A stretch of 64,000 nt of DNA, taken from Octopus sinensis (taxonomy: Eukaryota). The stretch covers positions 6,138,001 through 6,202,000 of the forward strand of contig NC_043009.1 of the NCBI RefSeq assembly GCF_006345805.1, in the 5' to 3' direction. A program made the position numbers and the translations under genes. The stretch's first letter is position 1. Each line of letters starts with the position of its first letter. The notes under the pieces were generated by a model that made no database searches, was not told the origin of the DNA, and saw only the letters and a list, made by a program, of their open reading frames with translations. Of the stretch, positions 25,597 to 39,034 are shown piece after piece.

Positions 25597-26121
25597 CATC
25601 TCGACTTATTTTAGGACATGTTTTACTCCATAAAGTAGGATTTGGCAACATCTCCATTTAGAGCACAGTTTAAGCTATCTTATCCTGGAAGAAGGTTTAT
25701 GTTCCTATAACCTCTGTCAATTCTGTAAACCTTAAAAATGGAAGATAGGAAAGTTCAAATTCGGCACTTAATGCTTTGGAACCAGAGAAAAATTGCTGCA
25801 GCTCGGCTGGAATATGTTACCCCACTCTCCATATTCACCAGGTATTGCTCCTTCAGATTTCCACTTAATACGTCTCTGCAGAATATTCCTAATGGTAAAA
25901 ATTTCAATTCCTTGCATGACGTGAAAAAATACCTTGATGAATTATCTGCCATGAAACCACCTCAATTCTGGGAAGAGAGTATTTTCAGGTTAAAGGAAAG
26001 ATGGAAACGCATTGTGCAACAAAACGTTTCATATTTGGTTGATTAAAAATGTAATGACAAGTATTTATTGGCTTTTTTCTTTCCTTTAAGAATCGACACG
26101 AACATTGCGGACAACCCAATA
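25597..26121 (+). mobile_element. Internally deleted mariner, left TIR missing
   Basis: Collinear with 36563-37132. N-terminus MEDRKVQIRHLMLW fused to the C-terminus (YSP motif ... KLKERW-type end, QQNVSYLVD*). Right TIR ...CGGACAACCCAATA ends at 26121. Confidence 0.85.
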
Positions 26122-27167
26122 TAGTTCAGAACATGTTCTTTTCACAATGCTGTTATTCATCAACATTTATTCTTTTCTACCTAGCGTTGAACAAAGCGAT
26201 TGAGAACAAATTATCCAGCTCCTATCTTGGAGACAGATTAATATATGTTATACAATAACTTTACGTAAGTCCTACTGTTTATGAGTTACTCAAAGATACC
26301 AGTGTTAGTAATTCAATGACGAATCCATCAATTAATAAAAATAGTACTTCAGGTAATTTCGAATGTCTTTTAGTTTATTAAACTGTTATAAAGTTTACTA
26401 TCAGCATAAACGGTACCAATATGTAAACTTTATACAATAAATATATAAAGATATAAAGATATATAAATTTCAAATTTTGGTACAGTGTGATAAATTGTAT
26501 CAATACCTACCGCAGCATAAACCGCATTATACAATTCCAATTAAATATAATATTTGAAGTAAATCCATTACCGGATGTTGTCAAGGAAAGCTCAAAAGAG
26601 AAAGAGCAACTGCCGTAATGTTGCTACTGCTTTAGAAATGAAGTATATTTGTTTTAATAATTAACTTCTCTGACTGCAAGATAAATTATGTAACATTGAT
26701 ATCCTGTTTCTGTCCAAAAATATCCTTCAAATACATACTAAACCATTTGATAAATAGATTTATCCATGACGCTTAAGGAAAAGTTAATATGTAGGAAACG
26801 AGCAAGAAGCGCACAGCAGATAGAGCATAAGATAACAAGAATAAAACAGAGGCAAAAATGGAGTACTAGAAGAGTAGGTATAGGAAAAATAATAGATATT
26901 CTGAAGAAGTCTAGTGTATTTAATGAAAACCAAATTGTCAATGAAAGCCGGTGGCAAATTTCATTGCATCTTTTCATTGAACACAGTACGGGTTCAAGAA
27001 AGACAGACAAATATTGATTCATCTAATATGGGAGCCTCTAGGAAGTAATTAAGTCACATTTCAAAACACATGCCACCCTAAGCGTATCGTTAGACTTAAA
27101 TCAAGTAACAAAACCTTCGACTGAAATGAACAGATGCATTTTAATATGTTATTCGTAAAATAGGTCA

Positions 27168-27175
27168 TATCTATC

Positions 27176-27237
<62 letters not shown>

Positions 27238-27248
27238 GCTATCTATCA

Positions 27249-27320
<72 letters not shown>

Positions 27321-27407
27321 CTCTGTCTGTCTTTCTAACTTTCTGTCTATCTATCTATCTATATATCTATCTATGTTTGTCTGTCTGTCTGATTGACTGT
27401 TTCTCTG

Positions 27408-27476
<69 letters not shown>

Positions 27477-27537
27477 TTATCTATCTGTCTGTCTGCCTGT
27501 CTGTCTGTCTATCTGTCTATCTATCTATCTATCTATC

Positions 27538-27591
<54 letters not shown>

Positions 27592-27638
27592 TTATTTATC
27601 TATCTGTCTGTCTGCCTGTCTGTCTGTCTATCTGTCTA
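27168..27638. repeat. (TCTA)n/(TCTG)n array, 5' flank of the LINE
   Basis: Read directly; contains an internal duplication of a roughly 44-bp variant block (about 27477-27520 and 27595-27638). Confidence 0.95.
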
Positions 27639-30367
27639 GGGCAACAAAGCCACCATTCGGTCACTGGTAGATGAACAGGGGCGCGAATTGCTCGAGCCAA
27701 GTAAAATGTGTGAGGCCTTTCAGCAGCATTTTGCCCGACTGTTCGGAACGAGTGGAGGGCAAGAACGTAGGGTGGACTTCAGTGCCTACCTACATAGCCT
27801 ACCACGACTCTCGACAAGAAAGGCAGGGTGCTGCGAAGGTGCCATCACGGCGGCGGAAGTGCGGGAAGCGATGGCAGAATGCTCGAGGGACAAATCACCG
27901 GGTTTGGATGGTCTACCCTACGAGCTTTACAATTGTATGCCAGACTTGTTTGGAGATCTCTTGGCGGCGGTGTACTGCAACTGGCAGCAAAACGGGAGCA
28001 TTCCTGGTTTTGTAAAGCGAGGAGCCGTAACACTGCTGAAGAAAGATCTAAACAAGGGAAATGTAATAGATAACTTTAGGCCCATCACTCTGCTTAATGC
28101 AGACTTGAAAATTTTGGCCAAGGTGCTAGCCAAGAGGTTGGCGCTTGTCATCGAGAAACTGGTCGACAAGGCGCAAACATGCGCCGTGCCAGGCCGGACC
28201 ATCCATGACAACCTCCATCTGATGCGCTACATCATAGACAGGGTAGTTAACGAACCTGGCATGGGTGGGGCCCTGATCAACTTGGATCAATCAAAAGCCT
28301 TTGATAGGGTAGACCATCGATACTTGGAGGCAGTCCTGAGAGCGGCTGGTTTCGGTCCCGTCTTCCGCGGCTGGATAGCTGCCTTGTACAGAGGCATCCG
28401 TTCGGTAATTCGCGTAAATGGACATCTATCGAGACCTTTCGACATTGCACGTTCGGTCCGTCAGGGATGCCCCCTCTCGGCGCTTCTATACGTATTGACT
28501 CTTGAGCCACTACTGCGGAAGCTGGCGACTCTAAGGGGCATCCCGCGAGAATTGGGATGCGGGACGAGCGTGTCTGCATACGCGGACGACGTCACCGTCA
28601 TAGTGTCTAGCCACAAGCACATCGAGCTGGTCGGCGAGACACTGAAAAACTACGAAGCGGTGACAGGAGCGAAAATCAACCGGGAAAAGTCAGTGGGCTT
28701 GCGACTAGGCACCTGGAGAAGCAAGCCCATGCCGTCCACCAGCGCCTCCGTCGTGGGACGCTGGACCGACGGCCCGGTTGAGTTGCTCGGGGTCTGGTTT
28801 GGTCCGGACCTCCAAGTGGAGAAGAACTGGAACGAGATAACGAGTAGGGTGGTCACTCTCGCCCGGCAATGGGCCGAGAGGAAACTGTCCCTAAAAGGTC
28901 GAGCGGAGGTGGCGAACACGTACATCGCGTCCGTCATCTACTACCGCCTGACCGTCGTACCTTGTCCCGACCCTACCATCACCAAACTACAACGCATCCT
29001 CTTTCGCTTCTTGTGGAAAGGATGCGTCCCGATGGTCAGGCGATCCATTTGCTGTCAACACCCGTTAAAAGGAGGGCTGGGCATGCCGTGGTTGATGATG
29101 CGCAGACACGCGCTGAGACTGCGACATCTCTGGCTCTATGTAGACGACGGTGAACAGGTTGGTCGCCGTTTGTGAGGCACGCTTTCCCGCAGCTCGTCTC
29201 CATGACCGAACTGCAGTCGTGGATCAAAAAGAGGCCGAGGAGGGGCGAATGGCACCGCGAGTGTCGCGTTGCTCTCAAGCAACTCTGCCGTCCTGGGTCG
29301 ACCTTAAGTGACTTCAACACAACCAAAGCATTCTATAGGGGTTTAGTGGAGGGGAGGTACGACGACGAGCTCGGGGCGAACCTGGACGTCGACGAGGAGT
29401 ACCTGACCCGCCTGTTCGGGACGACTTTCGGGCCAGGGCCCATGGACAACTTCCAGAGATCCCTGGCCTGGCAGTGCTACCGAGAAGCGCTACCCGTTCG
29501 GGATAAGCTCTACAGACACGGCTCGAGAAACACGGGGCCGACCTGCCCGAGATGCGGTCAGAGCGACGAAACCGTTCTGCACGCACTCGTTCAGTGTCCA
29601 ACAATTTCCGACCTGTGGGCTTATGTCGAACAACTGCTGTCACGTGTGGGACGAGTCGGTTTATCAGCTGAGTCTATCGTCAATATTGTCACGCCTCCTT
29701 CCTTCAAACGGGAAGGAAGAGCTATTTTCATCATCCTTGTGGCTATGGCGAAAGAATGTATCTGGTGGACGCGTCTGAAAGGATTGGAGACAAACACTTT
29801 CCTCTCTGGTCAATCTCTCATCAACTTCTTCAAGTACCACTTGAAAAGGAAAGTGAGAGTAGAGAGGCAAGTTTTGTCTAGCGAATGTTTTAAAAAAAGA
29901 TGGGTGAATGTAGCAAGAATGGCACGTATGAATGACGAAGCCACCTTGAGCATAGTCCTATGAACCCAGAAATCGAAAACAGAGAGTTGCTTATTTGCAA
30001 AAAAAAAAAAAAAAAAAAGAAATATAAAATGTGACTTCATTGACCGAGGTTACCGTGGTCTTTTCCGCAGGCTTTTCTTTCCACGGGTAAACCTCACCTG
30101 TCCTCCCCTTTACACTTCATATTGACATTTCTGTGATAACGATCCCTATTGATCATTTTTTTCCCTCACCCCCCCCCCCCCCTTTTTTTTTTTTTTTTAA
30201 CCCCCCTTATTTTTGTCCTCTTTCTCTCCTTTTACGATCCTTTTTGATCGAACCTCCCCCTTCCTTTTTTTTTTTTTTTTTTTTTTTATTTTATACCTTC
30301 AAAAGAAAAGCTCTACCTTGTAATTTGTTCTATCTGTGTGCAGCCCTGTGTGGCTAATAAAGAAACA
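27639..30367 (+). mobile_element. 5'-truncated non-LTR retrotransposon, L1 superfamily (Tx1-like)
   Basis: GC-rich island with RT plus zf-RVT ORF2, a 3' UTR with A-run and polypyrimidine tracts, AATAAA at 30356-30361, then directly (TCTA)n. The 5' junction is also at TCTA. Confidence 0.9.
27640..29963 (+). pseudogene. LINE ORF2 (reverse transcriptase plus C-terminal zinc finger), endonuclease lost, one frameshift
   Basis: Frame is open from the truncation point ([22 protein letters not shown]...). Motifs SPGLDGLPYE, FRPITLLNADLKILAK, LDQSKAFDRVDH, VRQGCPLS, YADD; then CPRCGQSDETVLHALVQCP. The two track ORFs (27688-29175 and 29172-29963) join if one base is restored near 29160 (GEQV-W-SPFVRHAF). 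Confidence 0.9.
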
Positions 30368-30414
<47 letters not shown>

Positions 30415-30577
30415 TTATCTACATGCCTGCATGTCTCTCTGTGTGTCTTTGTATCTCTCTGTCTGTCTCTATCTATCTATGTATCTATATATCTGTCTAT
30501 CTATTTATCTCTCTCTTGTTTCTTTCTCCCTTTCTCTCACGCTCTCGCTTTCTCTCTCTCACCCTTTCTCTCTCTCC

Positions 30578-30632
<55 letters not shown>

Positions 30633-30860
30633 CAGACAGACAGACGGACATACATACAGGCAGACAGAAAGGCAAGCAGACAAACATATAGAGATGTAAA
30701 TATAGATATTTTAATTCATATATCTATCTCTGTTTCCATCTTAATGCATATACTTGTGAGTGTGAGTATGTATAGAGCACCTTGTCTATCAGTACGTATA
30801 TATATATATATATACATATATATATGTGTGTGTGTGTGTGTGTGTTTGTGTATGTGTGTG
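30368..30860. repeat. (TCTA)n then (CT)/(AT)/(GA)/(GACA)/(GT) compound microsatellite, 3' flank of the LINE
   Basis: Read directly from the sequence. Confidence 0.9.
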
Positions 30861-31929
30861 TGACAAACTAACTGAATATATATATATATATATATGTTTA
30901 TATATAATGTGTTCTAAAAGGTTAAACGAATGCGCTCACACAATAGAACGAATCCTCTTCTCAAAGAACGTAACGTCCTTATAAGAGATTTCATAATATT
31001 TAAACTTGTTTTTAAAATCTCACCTGTACACTTCAAAAACTGCATTAAGTATTTCTCATAGACTTTCAAATTAATATATATATATATATGTAAAGTGGAA
31101 AAATTATAGGAAAACATTTTAGAAAACACACTCCCACACGCACAATAGACACACACACACAATCACACACATATATACATATGCATATGTGCCTGTGCAA
31201 TTGTGTGTGTGTGTGTGTTTCTGTCTATGTATATATCCATGTATGTATGTATGTATGTATGTATATATCTATGTATGTGTGTATGTGCGTATGCATGCAA
31301 GTATGATTCCATATTTAATCGACTAAGATTTTACAGCAATTAAGGAATTTAACATCGACCTCTCCTTATCAAATCTATCTCAAAATGTTGCAATGGAAAA
31401 AATTTTGAAGGAGATAACAGTTGAACTAACAAGATTTGACCCAAATTAATGGTAGACTGTTGTTATACCTCCCTAAACCTCATACAGGTCATATTTTGTT
31501 TCCTACTGTCTGACTCCCTTAAAGTGTTCTTCACTGGAAGCCGTATGGTGGAGCCTGGCTAAGGGTATTAAATTTCTCAATCCCCATTAGGCGATAAAAT
31601 ATGGAATCGATTAATATGCATGGTAACTACATGGTAGAATTAATTAATTTACTTATTTACCCGAAACATGCATAATTTGGGGGAAATTATAATCTTTCTT
31701 TTCTTTTGAAAATATATATATTTAGACACTTACACATACACACAACATATATATGCATATGTGTGTACATGACGTCACCAATTGTGTAAACAACGTGAAG
31801 TACGAAAACAAACGAGTTAAATACACAAACGACGAGAAAAAAATAGAAAAGAGGACAAGTAGCACGGAGAGCGACCTTTCATCATTTGTCGGCTGTCAAT
31901 CTACTGCTCATTTCGAGCAGTGTTTCACC

Positions 31930-32092
31930 CCCTCTCCATCATCGCTTGACCCCCAATGCTGGTGCGTAGCAGCTCAGCACAGGTCGATAGGATAAGTACT
32001 AGGCTTACAAGACTGAGTTCTGGAGTCGATTTGTTCGACTAAATGCGGTGCTCCAGCATGGCCACAGTCAAATGACTTAAACAAATAAAAGC
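31930..32092 (+). mobile_element. SINE family A, 3' part
   Basis: GATAGGATAAGTACTAGGCTTACAAG...GTCGATTTGTTCGACTAAATGCGGTGCTCCAGCATGGCCACAGTCAAATGAC. Confidence 0.65.
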
Positions 32093-32158
32093 GGAATCAA
32101 TGCTAGATGAGTCGAAACAATTGTCTTGATTAGTAACATCTTCCATCCTCCGCCTTTC

Positions 32159-32204
<46 letters not shown>

Positions 32205-33204
32205 CCCTACCAATACACATAATTTCCTTCAAATATATTTAACGGGGAAGCAAAATTGTAATATTTGCATATTAGTGCAAAACGGAAATGCCCTACCGCT
32301 CAAACAGGAACTAATGAAAAATATTGTCGTTGAGAACACCTAACGGAATGCATGTGCTGTGATTTTGAAATGAACAATATTTGAATCTGCATTCGGAAAG
32401 TACTCCTCTATCATGGCTTGTGAAACTGGCAGATTCCCAAAGACCTGCACGACCACTGTCTTATCTTTTACTGAAAGTTTACAATTTGCGTCTAATGCGA
32501 TAATATTTTCGCAAGAAACTATTAAATGACACACTTTACCCATTCGCTGTAGTTTTTGGCAAAAACCTCATTGTCCATTATGCTTTTGTTAAACCTATAA
32601 CAAGACACTTATATGATTTGTTTGGGGATATGAAAAGACCGGCACTAGAAATATATATGCTATGATAAAAATATTACATCTGATATATGTGAAGAATCTC
32701 GAAAATGGAAATATTTAAACTTAATAATAGAATAGCTGATAACGCATTTACAGACTCCTAAAACTATAAATAGAAGGTTTCTTTGAAAGGCCATGCTTCC
32801 ATCTTTCTTATCAGTTTTGCAAAATGAAGGTTACCATAACCTCCGTACTGGCAGAAAATGTTTCTGTCAGGGTTACTATGACCAAAGACTACTGAACTAA
32901 AATATGTCACATCATACTTTAAGATATGTTGTTCTCTATATGCAAAATTATTTGTAAAAATAGATTTTCGCTATCAGCTCTTATATATCAACATTGCAGA
33001 TACGGTATTGTTGTATAGATGAAGTCTAATTCATTCATATCAAAAAGGAAATATCGAAACCCCCACGAAAAGAAGATACCATAGACAGAATCGAATCTCT
33101 GTCGAACACTAAATTTAGATATCATATATTGTTAGTCATACAACACTAATTATAACATAATTATAACATACAACACTGATTATAACATAATTAGCAAATA
33201 GTTA

Positions 33205-33618
33205 GGCGTAGGAGCGGCTGTGTGGTAAGTAGCTTGCTTACGAACCACATGGTTCGGGTTCAGTCCCACTGCGTGGCATCTTCGGCAAGTGTCTTTTACT
33301 ATAGCATCGGGCCAACCAAAGCCTTGTGAGTGGATTTGGTAGGCGGGAACTGAAAGAATCCCGTCGTATGTATATATATATATGTATGTATATGTGTGTA
33401 TATGTTTGTGTGTCTGTATCTGTCCCTCCCCCCAACATCGCTTGACAACTGACGCTGGTGTCTTTTCCTCCCCATAACTTAACGGTCCGGCAAAAGGGAC
33501 TGATAGAATAAGTGCTAGGCTTCCAAAGAATAAGTCCTGGGGTCGATTTTCTCGACTAAAGGCGGTGCTCCTGCATGGCTACATTCAAATGACTGAAACA
33601 AGTAATAGAGTAAAAGAG
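33205..33618 (+). mobile_element. SINE family A, full length
   Basis: Complete head, CTTCGGCAAGTGTC central segment, microsatellite and tail. Confidence 0.9.
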
Positions 33619-34182
33619 TAATTTAAATACTTCTTTTGTTGATTTAACTCTTGTATACATTTACTAATTTCATAATGGCCTCTACTTATGAAAGACTTAA
33701 TAGTGAATACTGTCTGGCACCATACAATAATGAGTAATATAATCACCAAATAAAATGACGGTAAATATCAATGCATAAACCATGTACAGAAATATGTAGA
33801 GAATAGATGGCAGTGACCGTGTGTGACCATTTTGCGAACCATTCAATTCTTGAAGGGAGACAATCCGAAGACAGCATTGAGACTGAGCTCCACCTAAACA
33901 AGCAAGATATATAACACAACACTAAGAATAGCAAGAATGATTTGTGTATGTTTATATATTCAATAAAGGCAAGAATGATATTTAAATAAACATAGACAAA
34001 ACATTAAAAATGATCGCACACTTACGACCGTTACATCATGTTACATTTTGATTGATATGCGTTAAGCGTTTTCAATACCAAAATAAAAAAAAAAGTTGAA
34101 GTGAAAGAAGAACATAACGCCTTGAAAAACGAGACCTTGATTCAAAAGGTTGAGCATTTTACATTACTTCTGAGCATTTTAG

Positions 34183-34310
34183 ATAACTGCATCTTAGAAG
34201 TAATCAGTAACCATGTCGCAATGAATGTACAGTTACCGTTCTGGCATTGTTCTGCATGGGAAGAAATGCCGCGGATAAGTACATTAGTATGTCGTTCAGC
34301 GTATATAAAT
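34183..34310 (+). CDS. Weak candidate exon
   Basis: CATTTTAG acceptor and strong AAT|GTAAGT donor inside the open frame 34101-34400. No homology recognised. Confidence 0.2.
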
Positions 34311-34350
34311 GTAAGTACTGAGGAAATATTGTTGGATCATTCCACACACA

Positions 34351-34395
<45 letters not shown>

Positions 34396-35095
34396 TCTAA
34401 ATGGAAACACAAATACCCTTACAATTTTCGTTGCTAAGGGAAATATTTATTACGTACCACTGTAATTTCAGATGCCGATACCATTGTTTCAGACGTTATA
34501 GTTTTATATACATTTATGCATTTGCACTTTTAGCTATCATTAGCCGCATATATTTGTATATATTTAACGAATAATGGTTAAGTATTTCACTTGGAAATAG
34601 TAAAAGAAACATTGAAACTGTGTCGAAATCTGTGGTCAACAGGCGCATATCATTATTGGACACCAGTCACATGAGTGATGTATAACCTACATAAAATTAT
34701 GTCTTCTGTTTATTTCTCTAGTTATTATTCATTACTTTCACGTACATATGTTTATAGAAAGAATTCATAAACATAATAATCCATCTCTTACATATATTTG
34801 TTGAAATATGAATTATTTCTAATTTCATTTATTTAAGTTGCTTACAATTTGATTTCATAGTTATGAAGCCAATATTCAAATATATTTTTCATAGCCAACA
34901 TTGATTCCTCTTTTGCTTTTTTCAAAAAAGTAAAAATAATATAGATACGTCATTATGTCATCATCTTCAACTTAAATGCTGAAATGAATAACACTGAATC
35001 GATAAGATATTTCTCATTACAGAACATACGAGCATTTCTTGTTTTTCAACGAGACTTGTTGAAGACGATAGAAAGCAAGAGTAAAGTAGAGGGGT

Positions 35096-35135
<40 letters not shown>

Positions 35136-36562
35136 AGAACATCAAGAAATTGATGGAGCTACAGAGAGATTATAAGACAAAGATATAAAGAGAGAAAAAT
35201 ATATGGATATATGGCGACACAGAGAGAAAGAAAGAGGAAGAGAGATGGAAATAAAGAAATAGCAAGAGAGATAGCTTTCATCAATGTACACCGATCAATA
35301 AGTATATAAATCAATTGAAACACCAGTTTGATAAGAGAATTCAGAATTATTTTTTCCTATAATTATGACAAGGCCTCATGATCTCTATTTATTTTATTTA
35401 AAATAGCTTTATTAAAATATAATATATATTGTTTTTTGTTTGGTTGCTTTTTTCTTGCTTTTGTTTTTGTATTTACTTTGGTATTTTTTCTTATATACTC
35501 TTATTGGAGTATTGGAAAACAACACGATATTATAAAATAAATATGAGAGGAAAATATTTCGAAATATTATGGAAAAATACAAAATCTGACAGAAGGATGC
35601 AACATAGAAATCTAAAACTGAAAAGTATAGAAAAATATATAGAAAAGAATAAAAATTATAAATATCAATTTTTCTTCCCAGATGAACAATCAATTATTAG
35701 TTTATATAAATTTTGTAATGGGTCTTTATTTTCTCATGATCAGATATCTCATTTCCCAGATTTAATCGACGTATAGAAATATTGCATCTATATTAGATAT
35801 TATCGATTCCTCATATAAGCACTAAGACTCAGTTTTTTCACGGACGCCTAAGTCGATGAATTGAACCAGCGTTCATTGCAGGTATTTATTCCATCGCTCC
35901 AGGAATGGTACAAACGAAAGCCTATTCCGGCAATATTTGAATTCTACACTTAAGGATATCTAATTAAACGTTGCTCATAACTTTGTCAGTACCATACGTC
36001 ACCCTATATATCAAATGTTATTGGTATTCCAAACTTCAGAGAATGAGTGAATGCTAGCATTTTGTACGAAATAAATAAAATATTGACGAATGAAGGAAAA
36101 ACAAAAGAAACGATAAATAACGTCAACGTAATTGATGGCTAACTATTATGCAAGTCATGACATTTGAAGAAACACCTTGCGCTGACAATTGCGGAATGTG
36201 CAGAGCCAGAAGATAAAAAGAAAAAAAAAACATCTGTACAGCAAGAAACTGGTGTAGCATATGCGATGCATGCAACGGCAAATTAGGAAGACAACCAAAA
36301 ACATCATAGAAGAGATAGAAGTTAGTTTAATTAAAAAGATCGCAGAACTTTGTCAGTAATGATAGGAAAAGATGCAAATACCCCTACTCTATCGAGATTC
36401 CATATAGAAACGCAATGGCTTGATTAAAAATTTTGGAGTAAAATTTCTCTCCAGACAACAGAAAATTCCAAAATTAAAGTATGATTCAGCGGCAGACACA
36501 GGTGTGTGGTGCGGTGATGTCTCCTTAACTACAACTGACCTCCTCGTAATTCAAGAATAAAC

Positions 36563-37132
36563 TATTGCTTTATCCGGAAAGTTCGTGCCGATTTATAGTA
36601 GTTTACCTTTCGACTTATTCTAGAGCATGGTTGTGTCCATAAAATAGGATTTGACTACAGCTCCATTTAGAGCACAGTTTAAGCTATCTTTTCGGAGAAG
36701 AAAGTTTATGTTCCTATACCCTGTGTTAATTCTGTAACCCTTTAAAGTGGAAGATGAGAAAGTTCATTTTCGACACTTGATGCTTTGGGAATCAGACAAA
36801 AATTGCTGCAGCTCGGCTGGGATGTGTTACCCTATCCTCCATATTCACCTGATATTGCTCCTTCGGATTTCCACTTATTCAGGTCTCTGCAGAAAAGTCT
36901 TAATGGTAAAAATTCCAATTTCTTGGATGACTTAAAAAGGTACCCTGATGAATTCTTTGCCATAAAACCACATCACTTCTGGGAAGAGGGTATTTTCAAG
37001 TTAAAGGAAAGATGGAGACACATTGTGCAACAAAATGTTTCATATTTGGTTGATTAAAAATATAATGGCTAGTATTTATTGACCTTTTTCTTTCCTTTAA
37101 AAATCGTCATGATCTCTGCGGACAACTTAATA
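36563..37132 (+). mobile_element. Non-autonomous mariner deletion derivative with both TIRs
   Basis: Left TIR TATTGCTTTATCCGGAAAGTTCGTGCCGATTT, right TIR AAATCGTCATGATCTCTGCGGACAACTTAATA, TA ends. MEDEKVHFRHLMLWE fused to ...LLQLGWDVLPYPPYSPDIAPSDFHLFRSL...KLKERW. Confidence 0.9.
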
Positions 37133-38756
37133 TATATAAGAATAAATAATATCAAGACAACACACGAAAACAAGCTGAGATGTTACTGTAATATCATCAG
37201 TTTGCGTGATCGCTATACAAATATTACATTTATACTATGAGTTTAAAAGAACACACTCCTGTTGGTGAGGGAAGAATATATTTTGTTATGTTGACTAAAC
37301 AAAAAGACAAATAGTAGCGGTGAGTATGTTTTTTGTGTTTTATCAGTAATAAATCTTCCGAACTACCGGTTTTAGCACACGGTATCAGGTGAAAATATTC
37401 AAAATAAATTCAAAATCTTTTAACAAAGAATAATTACTTTAAAGTGTTGTCAAGAGTAAAGGTCAGACTGGCCAGGGTGAACAAATGTTAATCTTGGTTT
37501 AAAAATGAAGATAGAAATTAGAGAGGGGAAGACTGAACTAAATTAAACTAATTCCGTTGCTGTGAGACTTTAGCAAAAATGTTGATGACAATAATTAATA
37601 AACATTAACATACTTTAAAAATACTTTATAACTTGAAACTGCAATATGTCACTGTTGTTGCAGTTGTTGCAAAATATTGTTTAGAGTTTTGGTTACATAT
37701 ATAGTTATACATGTGTGAGCATCATTATACATAAATTAACATCATGTGTACTTAGTGGAAAGAAAAGGATATTGTCGATGACATAACTAGAGCACATTTT
37801 TTACGGCTTGTACACAAGCATCCATTATGATATTATTATTTTTCATTTCTTTATTCTTCTAAAATTAGCGTTCTGTTCATTTTGAAAAGAACGGAAAAAG
37901 TAAAAGAGAAAAATGAAAAATCTATTTCTGTTAACAATTACACACTAATTATTATTATTAAGATATCTTGGAATTAATTTCTTTTCAAGTAAATTCAGAA
38001 GCCATTAATTTCATAACTAAATTAAATTCTAGCAACACTATATTGAATGTGCCATCCAAAATGATTATATGTGAAAATGATATTATTTTAGCAGACACAG
38101 ATTTCATATTTAATTCAAGATGAAATCACCAGCCACCCAAAGAAATCTGTAAATAACCTTTGTGTAATCGATTATGACAAACATTCATTCGTAGGCGATA
38201 TTTTCAATTTTGTTGGTGTGTGGGTGTTAAACAATACTAAATATCCGGGCGACTATGCTGTGGTATCGATTCGCAGGTGAGTTATCATTATTATTATTGA
38301 TGAGTTCGCTAAAAAACAAAACCAATATCTTAATTGACCACATTTTATTTATTTATAATTTTATTGGCGTATGTAACACATTTTTATAAACTTCGTATTG
38401 ACGAATGTATGGCTGTGTACATTTAAACTAGTAACTTACTCGTAAACTAGGAACTTGCTGATATATTGATGGTCCACCAAATACGTTAAGGCTGAAACAT
38501 ACGCTTATTTACTTTGTACCTTATCTATGTTCAGCGTGTCCGTTCTAAACCTTTGAAAATTTATGCGTAATTTGCCTGCAAATGGCCTAATAGCAGAATC
38601 GTTCGAATTTTGAAGATGTCGTCTTCCGTTATTTCTTCTTGCTCTTTACATTATGAGTTCAAGTCTTTCTAAAGACATCTTAGCATTTCTTCTTTATGGT
38701 ATTCATATAATAATATAACCCTCAAGCACAACTGAACACCGCGATCAGTACTGCTG

Positions 38757-39034
38757 TTTGTTCCTTCTCGAGCCATGCCTGGCTCATAAGGGCCAGACTC
38801 CCGGTTTCCTTGGCGTATAGGTTTCCCACCTGGACGGGACGCCGGTCCGTCGCAGTTGAGCTGCAAGATCCAGGAGGAAAGAGTGAGAGAAACGTGTAGC
38901 GAAAGAGTCAGCAGAAGTTCGCCATTACCTTCTAACGGAGCTGCGTGGAACTTTGGTGTTTCGCTCATAAACACACACATCGTCCGCTCTGAGATTCGAA
39001 CCCGCGAGTCCGCTGCTCTAACCACAAGGCTTCC
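38757..39034 (-). mobile_element. SINE with family-B head and alternative (D-type) tail
   Basis: Minus strand: GCAGCGGACTCGCGGGTTCGAATC head ... TGCGACGGACCGGCGTCCCGTCCAGGTGGG ... GCCCTTATGAGCCAGGC. Confidence 0.8.

Noticed and set aside
27828-29870. Alternative-frame and antisense ORFs overlapping the LINE
   Set aside because: Shadow ORFs of a GC-rich coding sequence; no motifs of their own.
32340-32543. 67-aa minus-strand ORF as a host exon (likewise 376-564 and 23668-23931)
   Set aside because: Protein-like composition, but no convincing splice-site pair and no recognisable family.
35412-35776. 115-aa and 93-aa ORFs
   Set aside because: T-rich then A-rich low-complexity DNA giving F/K/I/Y-biased peptides; no splice or homology support.
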